From an uncultured Chloroflexia bacterium (GTDB taxonomy: Bacteria > Chloroflexota > Limnocylindria > Limnocylindrales > CSP1-4): a stretch of DNA of 64,000 nt. Shown piece after piece: positions 29,423 to 39,990 of the stretch. The notes under the pieces were generated by a model. It made no database searches. It was not told where the DNA came from and saw nothing but the letters and a program-made list of their open reading frames with translations. The stretch is from contig CAWBQM010000002.1 of assembly GCA_963790955.1 (NCBI GenBank), forward strand, positions 74,085 to 138,084, read 5' to 3'. A program made the position numbers and the translations under genes. Position 1 is the stretch's first letter. Each line of letters opens with the position of its first letter.

Positions 29423-30003
29423 CTCGAAGACGGTCCACGCTCCTGCTCCTTGCCCGCCGCTGTGAGTCCCGCCGACGCCGACTCCAGGACCTGCTCCCGG
29501 TGGGCGGCCGGCACCAGCGTCTCGACCAGGCTCGTGATCAGGCGGGTCTGACGGAGCAGCTCCTGATCCTGCACGTCGAGGTGGCGCATCGTCGCCTCGA
29601 GGTCGTGGAAGATCTTGCCGACCGTCTCGAACTCGCTCGTCGCGCGGGCCTCGGAGTGCCGGCCCTGGAGGTTCTGGCCGACCATGAGGAGGGGCATGAG
29701 CAGCAACTGCACGATGTTGCCCAGGAACAGCAGGAACGCGAACGGGTACGGGTCGAACGCCGCCCGGCCGAGCGCGACCTGGACGAACATCCAACCCACC
29801 ATGAACATGGCCAAGACGTAGACCGCGTACATCGTTCCCACCGCACCGGTCACCGCGAGGGCAATGCGGTCCTGGCGGTTGAGGCCCTGCTGGACCTCGC
29901 GATAGGCGTTCCGGTGGTGGCTGGCCTGCGGCCGGAAGTCGCCCAGGTCACGGCGGGCGTGCGAGGGATGACGAGCGGCCGAGCCGGACGCGGCAGCGTT
30001 CAC
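29419..30003 (-). CDS. DUF1003-family membrane protein
   Basis: GTG 30003 has AAGGAG 7 nt upstream. FDPYPFAFLLFLGNIVQLLLMPLLMVGQNLQGRHSE matches my memory of the DUF1003 core. Confidence 0.75.
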   Translation of the reverse strand: MNAAASGSAARHPSHARRDLGDFRPQASHHRNAYREVQQGLNRQDRIALAVTGAVGTMYAVYVLAMFMVGWMFVQVALGRAAFDPYPFAFLLFLGNIVQLLLMPLLMVGQNLQGRHSEARATSEFETVGKIFHDLEATMRHLDVQDQELLRQTRLITSLVETLVPAAHREQVLESASAGLTAAGKEQERGPSSS

Positions 30004-30235
30004 GATGGACTCCTTGGGTATGGCACCGGGACAGGCTGCGGTGCGCGGCCGCGGGCTGGCCGCGAGGATGCTAGCCCGCCAGGGCCACCTCCGTCGGTCC
30101 GGGCGCAACCGATCGGACGACGAGCACCGGCCCTTCACGGTTGAGTACCATCGATGCCATGCCCCGGAGTCCAATCCAGGCTGCTCGCGCCCGCTGCCGT
30201 CCGTCCGTCGTGGCCACCCAGGTCGGCGGCCGGTC

Positions 30236-31207
30236 GTGAGGCTCCGCGGGGCGCTCGCCGCCCTGCCGGAGCGCGCGCTCCGGGCGACCCTCCTGGCACT
30301 GTCGCACCGCCGGACCGTGGGACGGATCGCGACGCGCCTGCCGATCACACGCCCGATGGTCGCGCAATTCGTGGCGGGTGAGACCCTCGACGAGGCGCTC
30401 GTCGCCCTGCAGCGGTTGGCCGCCAATGGACTGGCCACCAGCGTCGACGTGCTCGGGGAATCCGTGCGCTCCGCCGATACCGCGCGCGCGGCCGGGGAGC
30501 GCTACCTGGCCACGATCGACGCGCTTGCCGCGCGCGGTCTGACCAGCACGATCTCGCTCAAGCTCAGCCAGATGGGCCTCGACATCGATCCGGAGATCTG
30601 CCGGACTACGGTCGAGCGCGTGTTCGATCGGGCGGCCGAGCGGGGCACCTTCGTGCGGATCGACATGGAGGAGCACACGAAGACGGACGCCACCCTCGAT
30701 CTCTGGCGCTCGCTGCGTGCCCACAACGCGCACAGTGGCGTGGTCATCCAGGCCGCCCTGCGGCGGAGTCCGGCCGACGTCGAGCGGCTGATCGAGGAAC
30801 GCGCCCCGATCCGCCTGTGCAAGGGCGCCTACCGTGAGCCCGCCGGTGTCGCATTCCAGGCCAAGGCCGAGGTGGATCGCGCCTACGTCACGCTCATGGA
30901 GCGGCTCCTGCGGGCGGGCGAGCAGCCCGCGATCGCGACGCACGACGAGCGGATCATCCGGCGCGCGCTCGAGGTCGCGCGGGCCGAGGGCGTCGCGCCG
31001 GAGCGTTTCGAGTTCCAGATGCTGTACGGCGTCCGCCGCGATCTCCAGGAGCAGCTCGTCCGGGACGGCTGGCGGGTACGGGTCTACGTGCCCTACGGAC
31101 GCGAGTGGTATCCGTATTTCATGCGTCGCCTGGCGGAGCGTCCCGCCAACGTCGCGTTCGTCGTCGGGAACGTGCTGCGGGAGCGTCGGGGCCCGTCAGG
31201 CACCTGA
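30236..31207 (+). CDS. monofunctional proline dehydrogenase
   Basis: VDVLGES, ISLKLSQMG, VRIDMEEH, RLCKGAY, IATHDE, FEFQMLYGVR and YVPYGREWYPYFMRRLAERP are present. The start is uncertain (GTG 30236 chosen). Confidence 0.85.
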   Translation: MRLRGALAALPERALRATLLALSHRRTVGRIATRLPITRPMVAQFVAGETLDEALVALQRLAANGLATSVDVLGESVRSADTARAAGERYLATIDALAARGLTSTISLKLSQMGLDIDPEICRTTVERVFDRAAERGTFVRIDMEEHTKTDATLDLWRSLRAHNAHSGVVIQAALRRSPADVERLIEERAPIRLCKGAYREPAGVAFQAKAEVDRAYVTLMERLLRAGEQPAIATHDERIIRRALEVARAEGVAPERFEFQMLYGVRRDLQEQLVRDGWRVRVYVPYGREWYPYFMRRLAERPANVAFVVGNVLRERRGPSGT

Positions 31208-31226
31208 CAGTCGAGCCCGGAAATCA

Positions 31227-31257
31227 ACGAGCCGTCGGGGCACTTCCGACGGCTCGT
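31227..31257. terminator. perfect 11-bp stem hairpin between convergent genes
   Basis: ACGAGCCGTCG-gggcacttc-CGACGGCTCGT begins 20 nt after the proline dehydrogenase stop. There is no clear U-tract. Confidence 0.45.
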
Positions 31258-31298
31258 ATCGACTTCTCGTGTGGCGGCGAAATGCCGCCGATCGAGTG

Positions 31299-31397
31299 CT
31301 AGAACCAGCGCTTGCCGGCCTCGAGAACGAGAGCCGAGCTGCCAAGTGCGGCCAGGGCGATTGCGACACGCCATGCCCGTAGCTTCAAGACGGTCAT
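31299..31397 (-). CDS. candidate 32-aa hydrophobic micro-protein
   Basis: Not in the ORF track. GAGGT lies 7 nt upstream of ATG 31397. MTVLKLRAWRVAIALAALGSSALVLEAGKRWF shares the ..ALG..A..LE..GKRW C-terminal pattern with 22687..22803. Confidence 0.35.
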   Translation of the reverse strand: MTVLKLRAWRVAIALAALGSSALVLEAGKRWF

Positions 31398-31624
31398 TGC
31401 CATTACCTCAACGTTCCCCCCGTGGGCACTGCACGGGCCGTTGAGCCCTACGACCGAGACGCTACCGGTACGGACCGCCGGACGGAATGGCCCCTTCGTA
31501 CTACTGGGGTCCCGGCCGTTGGTCGGAGTTGCGCGGGATCAACACACGGCGCGTCGCCATCACACACCTCCCGCGGGCTCGTTTGACGGCCGCCCGGAGG
31601 CGTCGATGACGCCCAATGGCTGGG

Positions 31625-32158
31625 CTACGGGTGCCTCGCCCGACGATGCATCCCGGCCGCCACGACGACCGCGATCCCGACCGCGATCAGCACATCGCCG
31701 ATCGAGAAGACGTTGGCCAACGGGAGCCAGCTCGGGAGCGCGAAGATGTCGGTCAGGGGCCGCAGCGCCGGGTCGCCGAGCAGAACGCTGTTGGTGGCAC
31801 CATCCGGCAGCGTGTCGCCCACCGCAGCGAGTGCGCTCGGGTCGGCGGGCATTCGGCCGCCGTTGGCCAGGATCGCGAGCAGGTTCGACCCGGCACCGGC
31901 GGCCACGAGGGCCATGCCTGGGATTCGGCTGTTGGCGACGACGGCGACCAGGACGGCACCGGTCGACGCCACGTAGAGTGCCGGCGCGATGGGGTCGGGC
32001 AGGCCGGCCGCCGGCGGCGAGAAGAGCAGGATCTGGAGCACCAGCCCGGCGGCCACGAGCCAACCCCAACGGAACGGCATGTCGGCCAGAGCATCGAGCC
32101 GGCCTCGCGTCAGTGCTCCAAGCAGGATCCCACCGAGCAAGGCGTACAGGATGAACAT
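31625..32158 (-). CDS. DUF5317-like polytopic membrane protein
   Basis: MFILYALLGGILLGALTRGRL.., NLLAILANGGRMP, and a C-terminal SIGDVLIAVGIAVVV. Confidence 0.7.
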   Translation of the reverse strand: MFILYALLGGILLGALTRGRLDALADMPFRWGWLVAAGLVLQILLFSPPAAGLPDPIAPALYVASTGAVLVAVVANSRIPGMALVAAGAGSNLLAILANGGRMPADPSALAAVGDTLPDGATNSVLLGDPALRPLTDIFALPSWLPLANVFSIGDVLIAVGIAVVVAAGMHRRARHP

Positions 32159-32170
32159 GGCCGGACCCGC

Positions 32171-32695
32171 TCAGCCGGGCAGGATCGTCCGGAGCTGATC
32201 GAGGTGCTCCTCGAAGTGGTCCAGCACGAACCGCTCGACCAGCTCCCTCGCCCGCAGCTCGCCCAGGCTCGGGTGCAGTCCGCGCCGGTCGAGATCCGAC
32301 GGCTCGAGCGTCTCGAGACGCCGCGCGAGGCGCCGCGTGTCGGCGTCGATCCGATCCAGCAGCTCCTCGACCGGCAGTGTTCGATCGCGGTCCACGATGG
32401 CAACCCTGACCGCATCCGTCGCGACTCGGCCGAACGGCGTCGGCTCGCGGTCTCGTCGCGCTCCGTCAAGCAGCCGCGCAAGCTCGCCGTGCCAGTACGG
32501 GACCATCTCCGCGAGATGGGCGAGGATCTCGGGTGGACCCCAGAGGGTCTCGTCGGAATGATCGACGCGCTCCGCGAGCGGCCACGGCGAACCTGCCAAG
32601 ATTGCCGAGCGCAGCCGCTCGAGGCTGTCGACCGCGGACGTCAGCCGCTCCGTGCGCTCGTTCGGATCAAAGCCGGGGCCGCCGTCCGGGATCAT
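32171..32695 (-). CDS. DinB-family protein
   Basis: A four-helix-bundle His pattern is present: ILAHLAEMVPYWH .. FVLDHFEEHLDQL. Confidence 0.7.
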   Translation of the reverse strand: MIPDGGPGFDPNERTERLTSAVDSLERLRSAILAGSPWPLAERVDHSDETLWGPPEILAHLAEMVPYWHGELARLLDGARRDREPTPFGRVATDAVRVAIVDRDRTLPVEELLDRIDADTRRLARRLETLEPSDLDRRGLHPSLGELRARELVERFVLDHFEEHLDQLRTILPG

Positions 32696-32912
32696 CGACG
32701 GAGTCGACCGTGCACGCTGCGAGTTTCACATAGTCGACAGGCATCGAGCGTCCGCGTTGCTTGACGCCCGCATCGGGAGCGACGGACACTGACGCCACTT
32801 CGCGCGGCCTTGGCCGCGTCCTTCCGGGTGCCGGACGGATCCCGACGTCGGCGCCGTCGCCCTCGTACCGACCCGGCCTGCGCCCCGAGCCTCGCAGCGG
32901 AGGTCTCCAGGC

Positions 32913-34106
<1,194 letters not shown>

Positions 34107-34178
34107 CGCCGGGGCAAAGCCTGGCCTGCTAGGCCGGCCGCGCGGCCGGCGCGGTGGGGAGCGTTTCGCGGCGGTCGT

Positions 34179-34703
34179 GTGACCAGCAGCATCGCAGCCG
34201 AGGCCCACCGCATGTACCTCTGGTTCGTGTTCGCCCACCTCGTCGGTCTGGTCCTGTTCCTGGTGCCGCACGGCGTCTCGATGTACGCGGTCTTCCGGGT
34301 TCGGGAGCTTCGCGACCGGGCCGGAATTGCGGCGCTGCTCGAGCTGTCCGCCCAGGGCAGCCAGTCGTCGTATCTGGGCCTGATCGTGCTCGTCATCGGC
34401 GGACTGGCCGCCGCCTACACCAACAGCCAGCTCACGGCCGGCTGGATCGTCGCCTCGTACGTCGTCCTCACCGTCGTCCTGGGCGCCATGTACGGCATCG
34501 CCGCCCCGTACTACTACGGGCTCCGGGCGGCGATCGGCATCGCTCCGGTGCGCAGTCGCGGCACACAGGCCGAGGCAGCCGTGCCGATCGATGACGCGGA
34601 GCTGTTTCAGCGCCTCGACACTCGCCGTCCCGAGGCGCTCATGGCCGTCGGCGGGCTGGGCCTGCTCGCGCTCGTGTGGCTGATGGTGCTCAAGCCGTTC
34701 TGA
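34179..34703 (+). CDS. hypothetical polytopic membrane protein
   Basis: GTG start and four predicted TM helices. No family recognised. Confidence 0.55.
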   Translation: MTSSIAAEAHRMYLWFVFAHLVGLVLFLVPHGVSMYAVFRVRELRDRAGIAALLELSAQGSQSSYLGLIVLVIGGLAAAYTNSQLTAGWIVASYVVLTVVLGAMYGIAAPYYYGLRAAIGIAPVRSRGTQAEAAVPIDDAELFQRLDTRRPEALMAVGGLGLLALVWLMVLKPF

Positions 34704-34726
34704 GGCCGGCGGATGGCCCCGGCTAC

Positions 34727-37155
34727 CTATCCGCTCACGAGTCGCAGGGTCGTCCGCGACCGCTCGCGCGCGCGGCGTCCTGTGCCTGCCGGCGCCGTCA
34801 TGGGAAATGGCGTGGGCACGGACAGCAAGTTCTCCATCGCGTCGTGGCCCACGGGTCGCGAATACAGGTACCCCTGGCCGTAGCCGCAGCCCAGCGCCCG
34901 CAGCACGTCGGCCTGGGCCGGCTCCTCGATGCCTTCCGCGATGACCTCCAGCCCGAGCGCGCCGGCGAGGCTGATGATCGCGCTCGCGAGCACCGAGCGA
35001 CCATCGTCGCGCTCGAGACCGGCCACGAACGAGCGGTCGATCTTGAGGATGTCGACTGCGAACCGATGGAGGTAGCTGAGCGACGAATAGCCCGTCCCGA
35101 AGTCGTCGATCGCGACGCGCACGCCGATGGCTCGCAGATCGGCAAGCCGGCCCACGGCCTGGTCGGCGTGCCGCATCAGGACGCTCTCGGTCAGCTCGAG
35201 CACGAGATGGGCGGGATCGAGCTGGTGCTCCGTGAGCACGGCGAGCACGCCGTCCACGAAGCCCGGCTCCTGGAGCTCGCGCGCGGACACGTTGACGGAC
35301 ACGTCGAGCTCGGGCAGGTCGAGCCGGACCTGCCAGGCGCGCACCTGGCGGCAGGCCTCGCGCAGGACCCAGCGGCCGATGGGCACGATGGCGCCGGTCT
35401 GCTCCGCGATCGCGATGAAGTCGGCCGGGCCAAGGCACGGCCCGTTCGCAGGTTGCCAGCGGACGAGCGCCTCCAGGCCGTTGATTTCAGTCAGCCCGAG
35501 GTCGACGATGGGCTGGAATTCGAGGCGCAGTTCGCCGCGCTCGGCCGCCCCGGCCAGCTGCCCGCCGCGCTCGGCCCGTGCGGCCCACTGAGCCCGCATT
35601 TCCTGGCCGTAAACCGCATACAGCCCGCGCCCGCGCGCCTTCGCCGCGTACATCGCCAGGTCGGCGTTGCGGAGCAGATCCTCGACGCGCTCACCGGCCG
35701 TGCCGGAGACCGCGATCCCGATGCTGGCGGACACTGAGCTCGCGCCTCCACCACGAAGCATCGGCCGCTCGAGGGCACGCCGCAGCCGCTCCGCGACCGC
35801 AACCGCGCCGGCCTCGCTCTCGAGATCCTCGAGGAGGATGGCAAACTCGTCGCCGCCCAGCCGCGCGGCGGTGTCGCCCGGCCGGAGCGTGGCCATGACG
35901 CGCCCTGCCGCCTCGACGAGGATCTCGTCGCCGCCGGCGTGCCCAAGTCGGTCGTTGAGCAGCTTGAAGTCGTCGAGGTCCACGAACAGGATCCCGACGA
36001 GCCGGTCGCTGCGGCCCAGGATCCGGTTCAGTGCGTGTTCGAGGCGCTCGCGGAAGAGGACCCGATTGGCCAGGCCGGTCAGGGCGTCGTGGAAGGCCTG
36101 ATGACGGATCGCGTCGTACAGCCGAGCGTTCTCGAGCACCATCGCCGCCTCGTCGGCGAGCATCGAGGCGAGGCCGATGGTGTCGTGGTCGAAGGCTCGT
36201 TCTCGACGCGACAGGCACTCGACGGTCCCGATCGTGCGGCCCGCGGCCACGAGCGGCACGACGGCCATGCTGGCGTAGCCAGCGGCCCGCAGGAAGGCGG
36301 CCGCGGCCGCGTCGCCCATCGGATCGGACACGTCCACCAGATATGGCAACTGATCGCGAACGGCTCGATCGCTGGCCGGATACTCGTCGAGGGAGTAGGT
36401 CGGGTCGGCATCCGTCCGGCGCTCGGCCGGGTAGTAGCCGTGCGTGAACAAGCGTCGCCCGGACAGGTCCAGGTAGTTCACGCCGCACTCGTCGGCGCCC
36501 ACCGCCAGCGCGATGTGCCGGGCGATCCGGTCGCCGACCAGGTTCGGGTCGAGGGTTCGCGACAGGTCGCGGGACATCTCGACGGCGCTCGCGAGACGGC
36601 CGGCCGAGCCTTTCATGCGGGCGCTGACGTTCCACAGGAAGGCGAGCAGGACGCCGTATGCGATCGGCAGACCCACGAGCGACAGGAGGGCCGCCGCGCT
36701 CGCGTGCTGGAGGCTGCCGACCGCGAGCTGGGCAAGCACGATCGCGCCGCTGCCCGAGGCGACGGCCCCGGCCATGAGCACGATCATCGGCCGCCCGGAC
36801 CGGATCGGTACCGCCAGCACGACCGGGATGAGGGCGGTCACCGCGAGCGCCGGCGCCACCTCCGGCTGGATCGCCGAGAGGATCGGCACGATGCCCAGCA
36901 CGACGACGGTGACGCGCGAGATGACGGTCTCGGGCTCGAAGCCGCCACGTCGTCGGGATTGGCGAGCACGACCCCGCCGGCCGCCAGGACGACGCAGCCG
37001 TGCAGGATCGTCGACCCCAGCCCGAGCACGGCTCCGAGGCCGACCTCGAGCAGCCCGAACGCGATCGTGGCGAAGCAGCCCAGTGTCAGGATCTGGTTGA
37101 GCCAACGTCGATCCTGAACCGAGAGCGGGGCGCGAGCGGGTTGGAGTTCGGGCAT
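34727..37155 (-). CDS. membrane sensor GAF-GGDEF-EAL protein (c-di-GMP turnover), apparent frameshift in the N-terminal TM region
   Basis: GAF region (VGADECGVNYLD..), RLGGDEFAIL (GGDEF), GLEALVRWQ, DDFGTGYSSLSYL and QGYLYSRP (EAL) are present. The N-terminal TM segment MPELQPARAPLSVQDRRWLNQILTLGCFATIAFGLLEV.. is in a different frame and joins near 36941..36950. Confidence 0.85.
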
Positions 37156-37249
37156 CGTTCCGGAGCGTCCCATCGGCGCCCGAGGGCGTCATCCTCCAAT
37201 CGTGCGATTTCGGCATGGGACCACCGGTCAGTCGGCTAGATTCGACGCC

Positions 37250-38305
37250 GTGAAGATCGCCCACGTCCGAGAGCTGCGTGGCCCCGTCGGTGCCCCGTGG
37301 CGACTCGCCGCGGCGCTCGCGTCAGGCGACGCCCCCGCCCGCTGGCTGGACATCGAGGTGGGCCGGCGTCGCGTCGCACGTCAGGATCCGCAACTGGCCC
37401 ACAACGACGCCCTGTTCCGCCGGCCGCTGACCACGCTCGACGAGCTGTTGGGCACGGGCGGCGGTCCCCAGCGCGCGCGCATCGAGGCCTTGCACGCAAT
37501 CGTCGAGCCGTTCGCGGCGGCGGCGATCGAGATCGACGAGGACGACGACGCGGTCCTCGACGCGGCCGACCTCGCGTTCGGGCCACCGATCCTCGACCCG
37601 CCGACCTTCCGGGACTTCTACGCGTTCGAAGCGCACGTCGGCTCGATGTGGGCACGACGCGGCGCCACGGTCCCGGAGGCCTGGTACCGGTTGCCCGTGT
37701 TCTATTTCTCGAACACCTCCGAGCTGCGCGGCCAGGACGAGCCGGTGTGGGCGCCACGAGGCTGCGCGGAGCTCGACTACGAGCTCGAGGTGTGCGCCAT
37801 CGTCGATACCTCGGGCCGTGACCTGCCGGCCGACCGGGCCGAAGAGGCGATCGGCGGCTACATGGTCCTCAACGACTGGTCGGCACGTGACCTGCAGCGC
37901 GACGAGACGACGGTTCGCCTCGGACCGGCGAAGGGCAAGGACTTCGCGGCCACGATCGGTCCCTGGATCGTGACCCCCGACGAGCTGGCCGATGCTCGGA
38001 CCGTGGGTGCCACCGGGCCCGACCTGGCGATGACCGCCGAGGTCGGCGGGGTGGAGACATCGCGAGGGACGTGGGCCTCGGCCCACTTCTCGTTCGGCGA
38101 GATGCTGGCCCGGGCCTCCGCCGACGTACGCCTACGGGTCGGCGATCTAGTCGGCAGCGGCACGGTCGGCGGCGGCTCGCTGCTCGAGCGGCGGGAGGAG
38201 ACGATCGGCCGCTACCTCGAGCCGGGGGACGTCGTCAGCTTGCACGTGGACCGCCTGGGAACGCTGCGCACTCCGATCGTCGCGCATCCCGCGCCGCGCG
38301 GATGA
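37250..38305 (+). CDS. fumarylacetoacetate hydrolase (FAH) family protein
   Basis: FRDFYAFEAHV, DYELEVCAIV, MVLNDWSARDLQ, GPAKGKDFA and GDLVGSGTVGGGS are present. GTG 37250 is chosen as the start. Confidence 0.85.
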   Translation: MKIAHVRELRGPVGAPWRLAAALASGDAPARWLDIEVGRRRVARQDPQLAHNDALFRRPLTTLDELLGTGGGPQRARIEALHAIVEPFAAAAIEIDEDDDAVLDAADLAFGPPILDPPTFRDFYAFEAHVGSMWARRGATVPEAWYRLPVFYFSNTSELRGQDEPVWAPRGCAELDYELEVCAIVDTSGRDLPADRAEEAIGGYMVLNDWSARDLQRDETTVRLGPAKGKDFAATIGPWIVTPDELADARTVGATGPDLAMTAEVGGVETSRGTWASAHFSFGEMLARASADVRLRVGDLVGSGTVGGGSLLERREETIGRYLEPGDVVSLHVDRLGTLRTPIVAHPAPRG

Positions 38306-39399
38306 ACGCGCCCATTCCCAGCCTGCCGGCCGACCTCGACACGCCCCGCGTCGTCCTGGACCTGGACGTGGTCGAACGCAACGTGGAACGCCTGCAGCAC
38401 GCCCTCGACGAGCGCGGCGTGCGGCTGCGGCCTCACGTCAAGACCCATAAGATCGTGGCCCTGGCCCGGTTGCAGCTCGACGCGGGCGCCGGGGGCGTTA
38501 CCGTGGGGACGCTGGGCGAGGCCGAGACCATGGCCGACGGGGGCATCGGGGACGTGTTCGTCGCCTACCCGGTCTGGGCGGGCGGCCCGAAGGCCATCCG
38601 CCTGCGCGCGCTCCACGAGCGGATCCGGCTCTCGGTCGGCGTCGAATCGGCGATCGCGGCGGCGGCCCTCGGGGCAGCCGTTGCCGGTTCGGCCGAGCCG
38701 CTGCAGGTCCTCGTCGAGATCGACTCGGGAGGACGGCGGACGGGCGTTCGACCGGAGGCTGCGGCCGACGTGGCCCGCGCCGCCCAAGACGCCGGTCTGT
38801 CGGTCCGGGGGGTGTTCACGCACGGCGGGCAGGCCTATGGAGCGTCGGCCGCGGCCGAGGGCGCGGCCATGGACGAGATCGCTGCATTGACCGCCGCCGC
38901 GGAGGGTCTCGAGGAGGCAGGCATCACGGTCGAGCTTGTGAGTGCCGGCTCGACGCCCACGCGTGTTCTGGCCGCCAGCGGGCGGGTGAACGAGATCCGG
39001 GCCGGGACGTACGTCCTGGGCGATCGTCAGCAGCTCGAGCTCGGAGCGGCGCGAGGTGACGAGCTCGCGGCGTGGGTCGCCACGACGGTCGTGAGCGTGA
39101 GCCCGCCCGATCGGTTCGTCCTCGACGCCGGCGCGAAGACCCTGACCAAAGATCGCGCGCCGTTCCTGCAGGGCTTCGGGCTGCTCCCGAGCCACCCCGG
39201 GGCCGTCATCGAGCGGGTCTACGACTACCACGCGGTGGTCATGGAGCAAGGCCACATGCTGCCATCCGTGGGCGACGTGCTGGCTGTCTTGCCCAATCAC
39301 ATCTGCCCTGTCGTGAACCTGGTCGACGAGGTGCTCCTCGTGCGTGCCGGCACAGCGGTTGGGCGCTGGACGGTCGACGCACGAGGTCGAAATGGTTGA
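38302..39399 (+). CDS. alanine-racemase-fold PLP enzyme (D-threonine aldolase / D-serine dehydratase-like)
   Basis: ATGA overlap with the FAH gene. LRPHVKTHKIVALARLQ carries the PLP lysine. VFVAYP and NHICPVVNL are at the C-terminal end. Confidence 0.8.
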   Translation: MNAPIPSLPADLDTPRVVLDLDVVERNVERLQHALDERGVRLRPHVKTHKIVALARLQLDAGAGGVTVGTLGEAETMADGGIGDVFVAYPVWAGGPKAIRLRALHERIRLSVGVESAIAAAALGAAVAGSAEPLQVLVEIDSGGRRTGVRPEAAADVARAAQDAGLSVRGVFTHGGQAYGASAAAEGAAMDEIAALTAAAEGLEEAGITVELVSAGSTPTRVLAASGRVNEIRAGTYVLGDRQQLELGAARGDELAAWVATTVVSVSPPDRFVLDAGAKTLTKDRAPFLQGFGLLPSHPGAVIERVYDYHAVVMEQGHMLPSVGDVLAVLPNHICPVVNLVDEVLLVRAGTAVGRWTVDARGRNG

Positions 39400-39895
39400 C
39401 GCGATCGAGATCCGCGCAATGGCCCCGACCGACTGGCCCGCGGCGGCGTCGATCTACGGCGAGGGCATCGCGACGGGCGATGCCACGTTCGAGACGGAGA
39501 TCCCGGACTGGGCGCACTTCGACGCCGGCCACCTGACCGGCGACAGGCTGGTCGCCGTGCGTGGCGACGAGGTGCTGGCCTGGTTCGCGCTGTCGCCGTG
39601 GTCGAGCCGCCGGGTGTACCGGGGTGTGGCCTGGGAGAGCGTGTACGTCGCCGAGCGCGCGCGCGGTCAGGGTCTGGGACGGCAGGTGCTCCTGTCGGGC
39701 GCGCTGGCATCCGAGGCGCTCGGGGTCTGGACGTTGCTGGCCGGCGTGATGGCCGAGAATGCGGCCAGTCTGACGGTCCATGCGGCGGCCGGGTTCCGTC
39801 GCATCGGCGTCCAGGAACGCGTCGGGCAGGACGCGACCGGCCGCTGGCGCGATGTCGTCCTGCTCGAGCGCCGCAGCCCCGTCGTCGGCAGGTGA
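39392..39895 (+). CDS. GNAT N-acetyltransferase (phosphinothricin-acetyltransferase-like)
   Basis: IYGEGIATGDATFETEIPDW, VYVAERARGQGLGRQVL and ENAASLTVHAAAGFRRIG are present. Confidence 0.8.
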   Translation: MVDAIEIRAMAPTDWPAAASIYGEGIATGDATFETEIPDWAHFDAGHLTGDRLVAVRGDEVLAWFALSPWSSRRVYRGVAWESVYVAERARGQGLGRQVLLSGALASEALGVWTLLAGVMAENAASLTVHAAAGFRRIGVQERVGQDATGRWRDVVLLERRSPVVGR

Positions 39896-39990
39896 GGCGG
39901 CGCCGGCGGCACGTCACCACCCAGCCCGTGGCCGGCCATCCGCGGCCGACCGCGGGCGTGCTAGACTGCGGGCTGGAGGACTTGCTGCCG

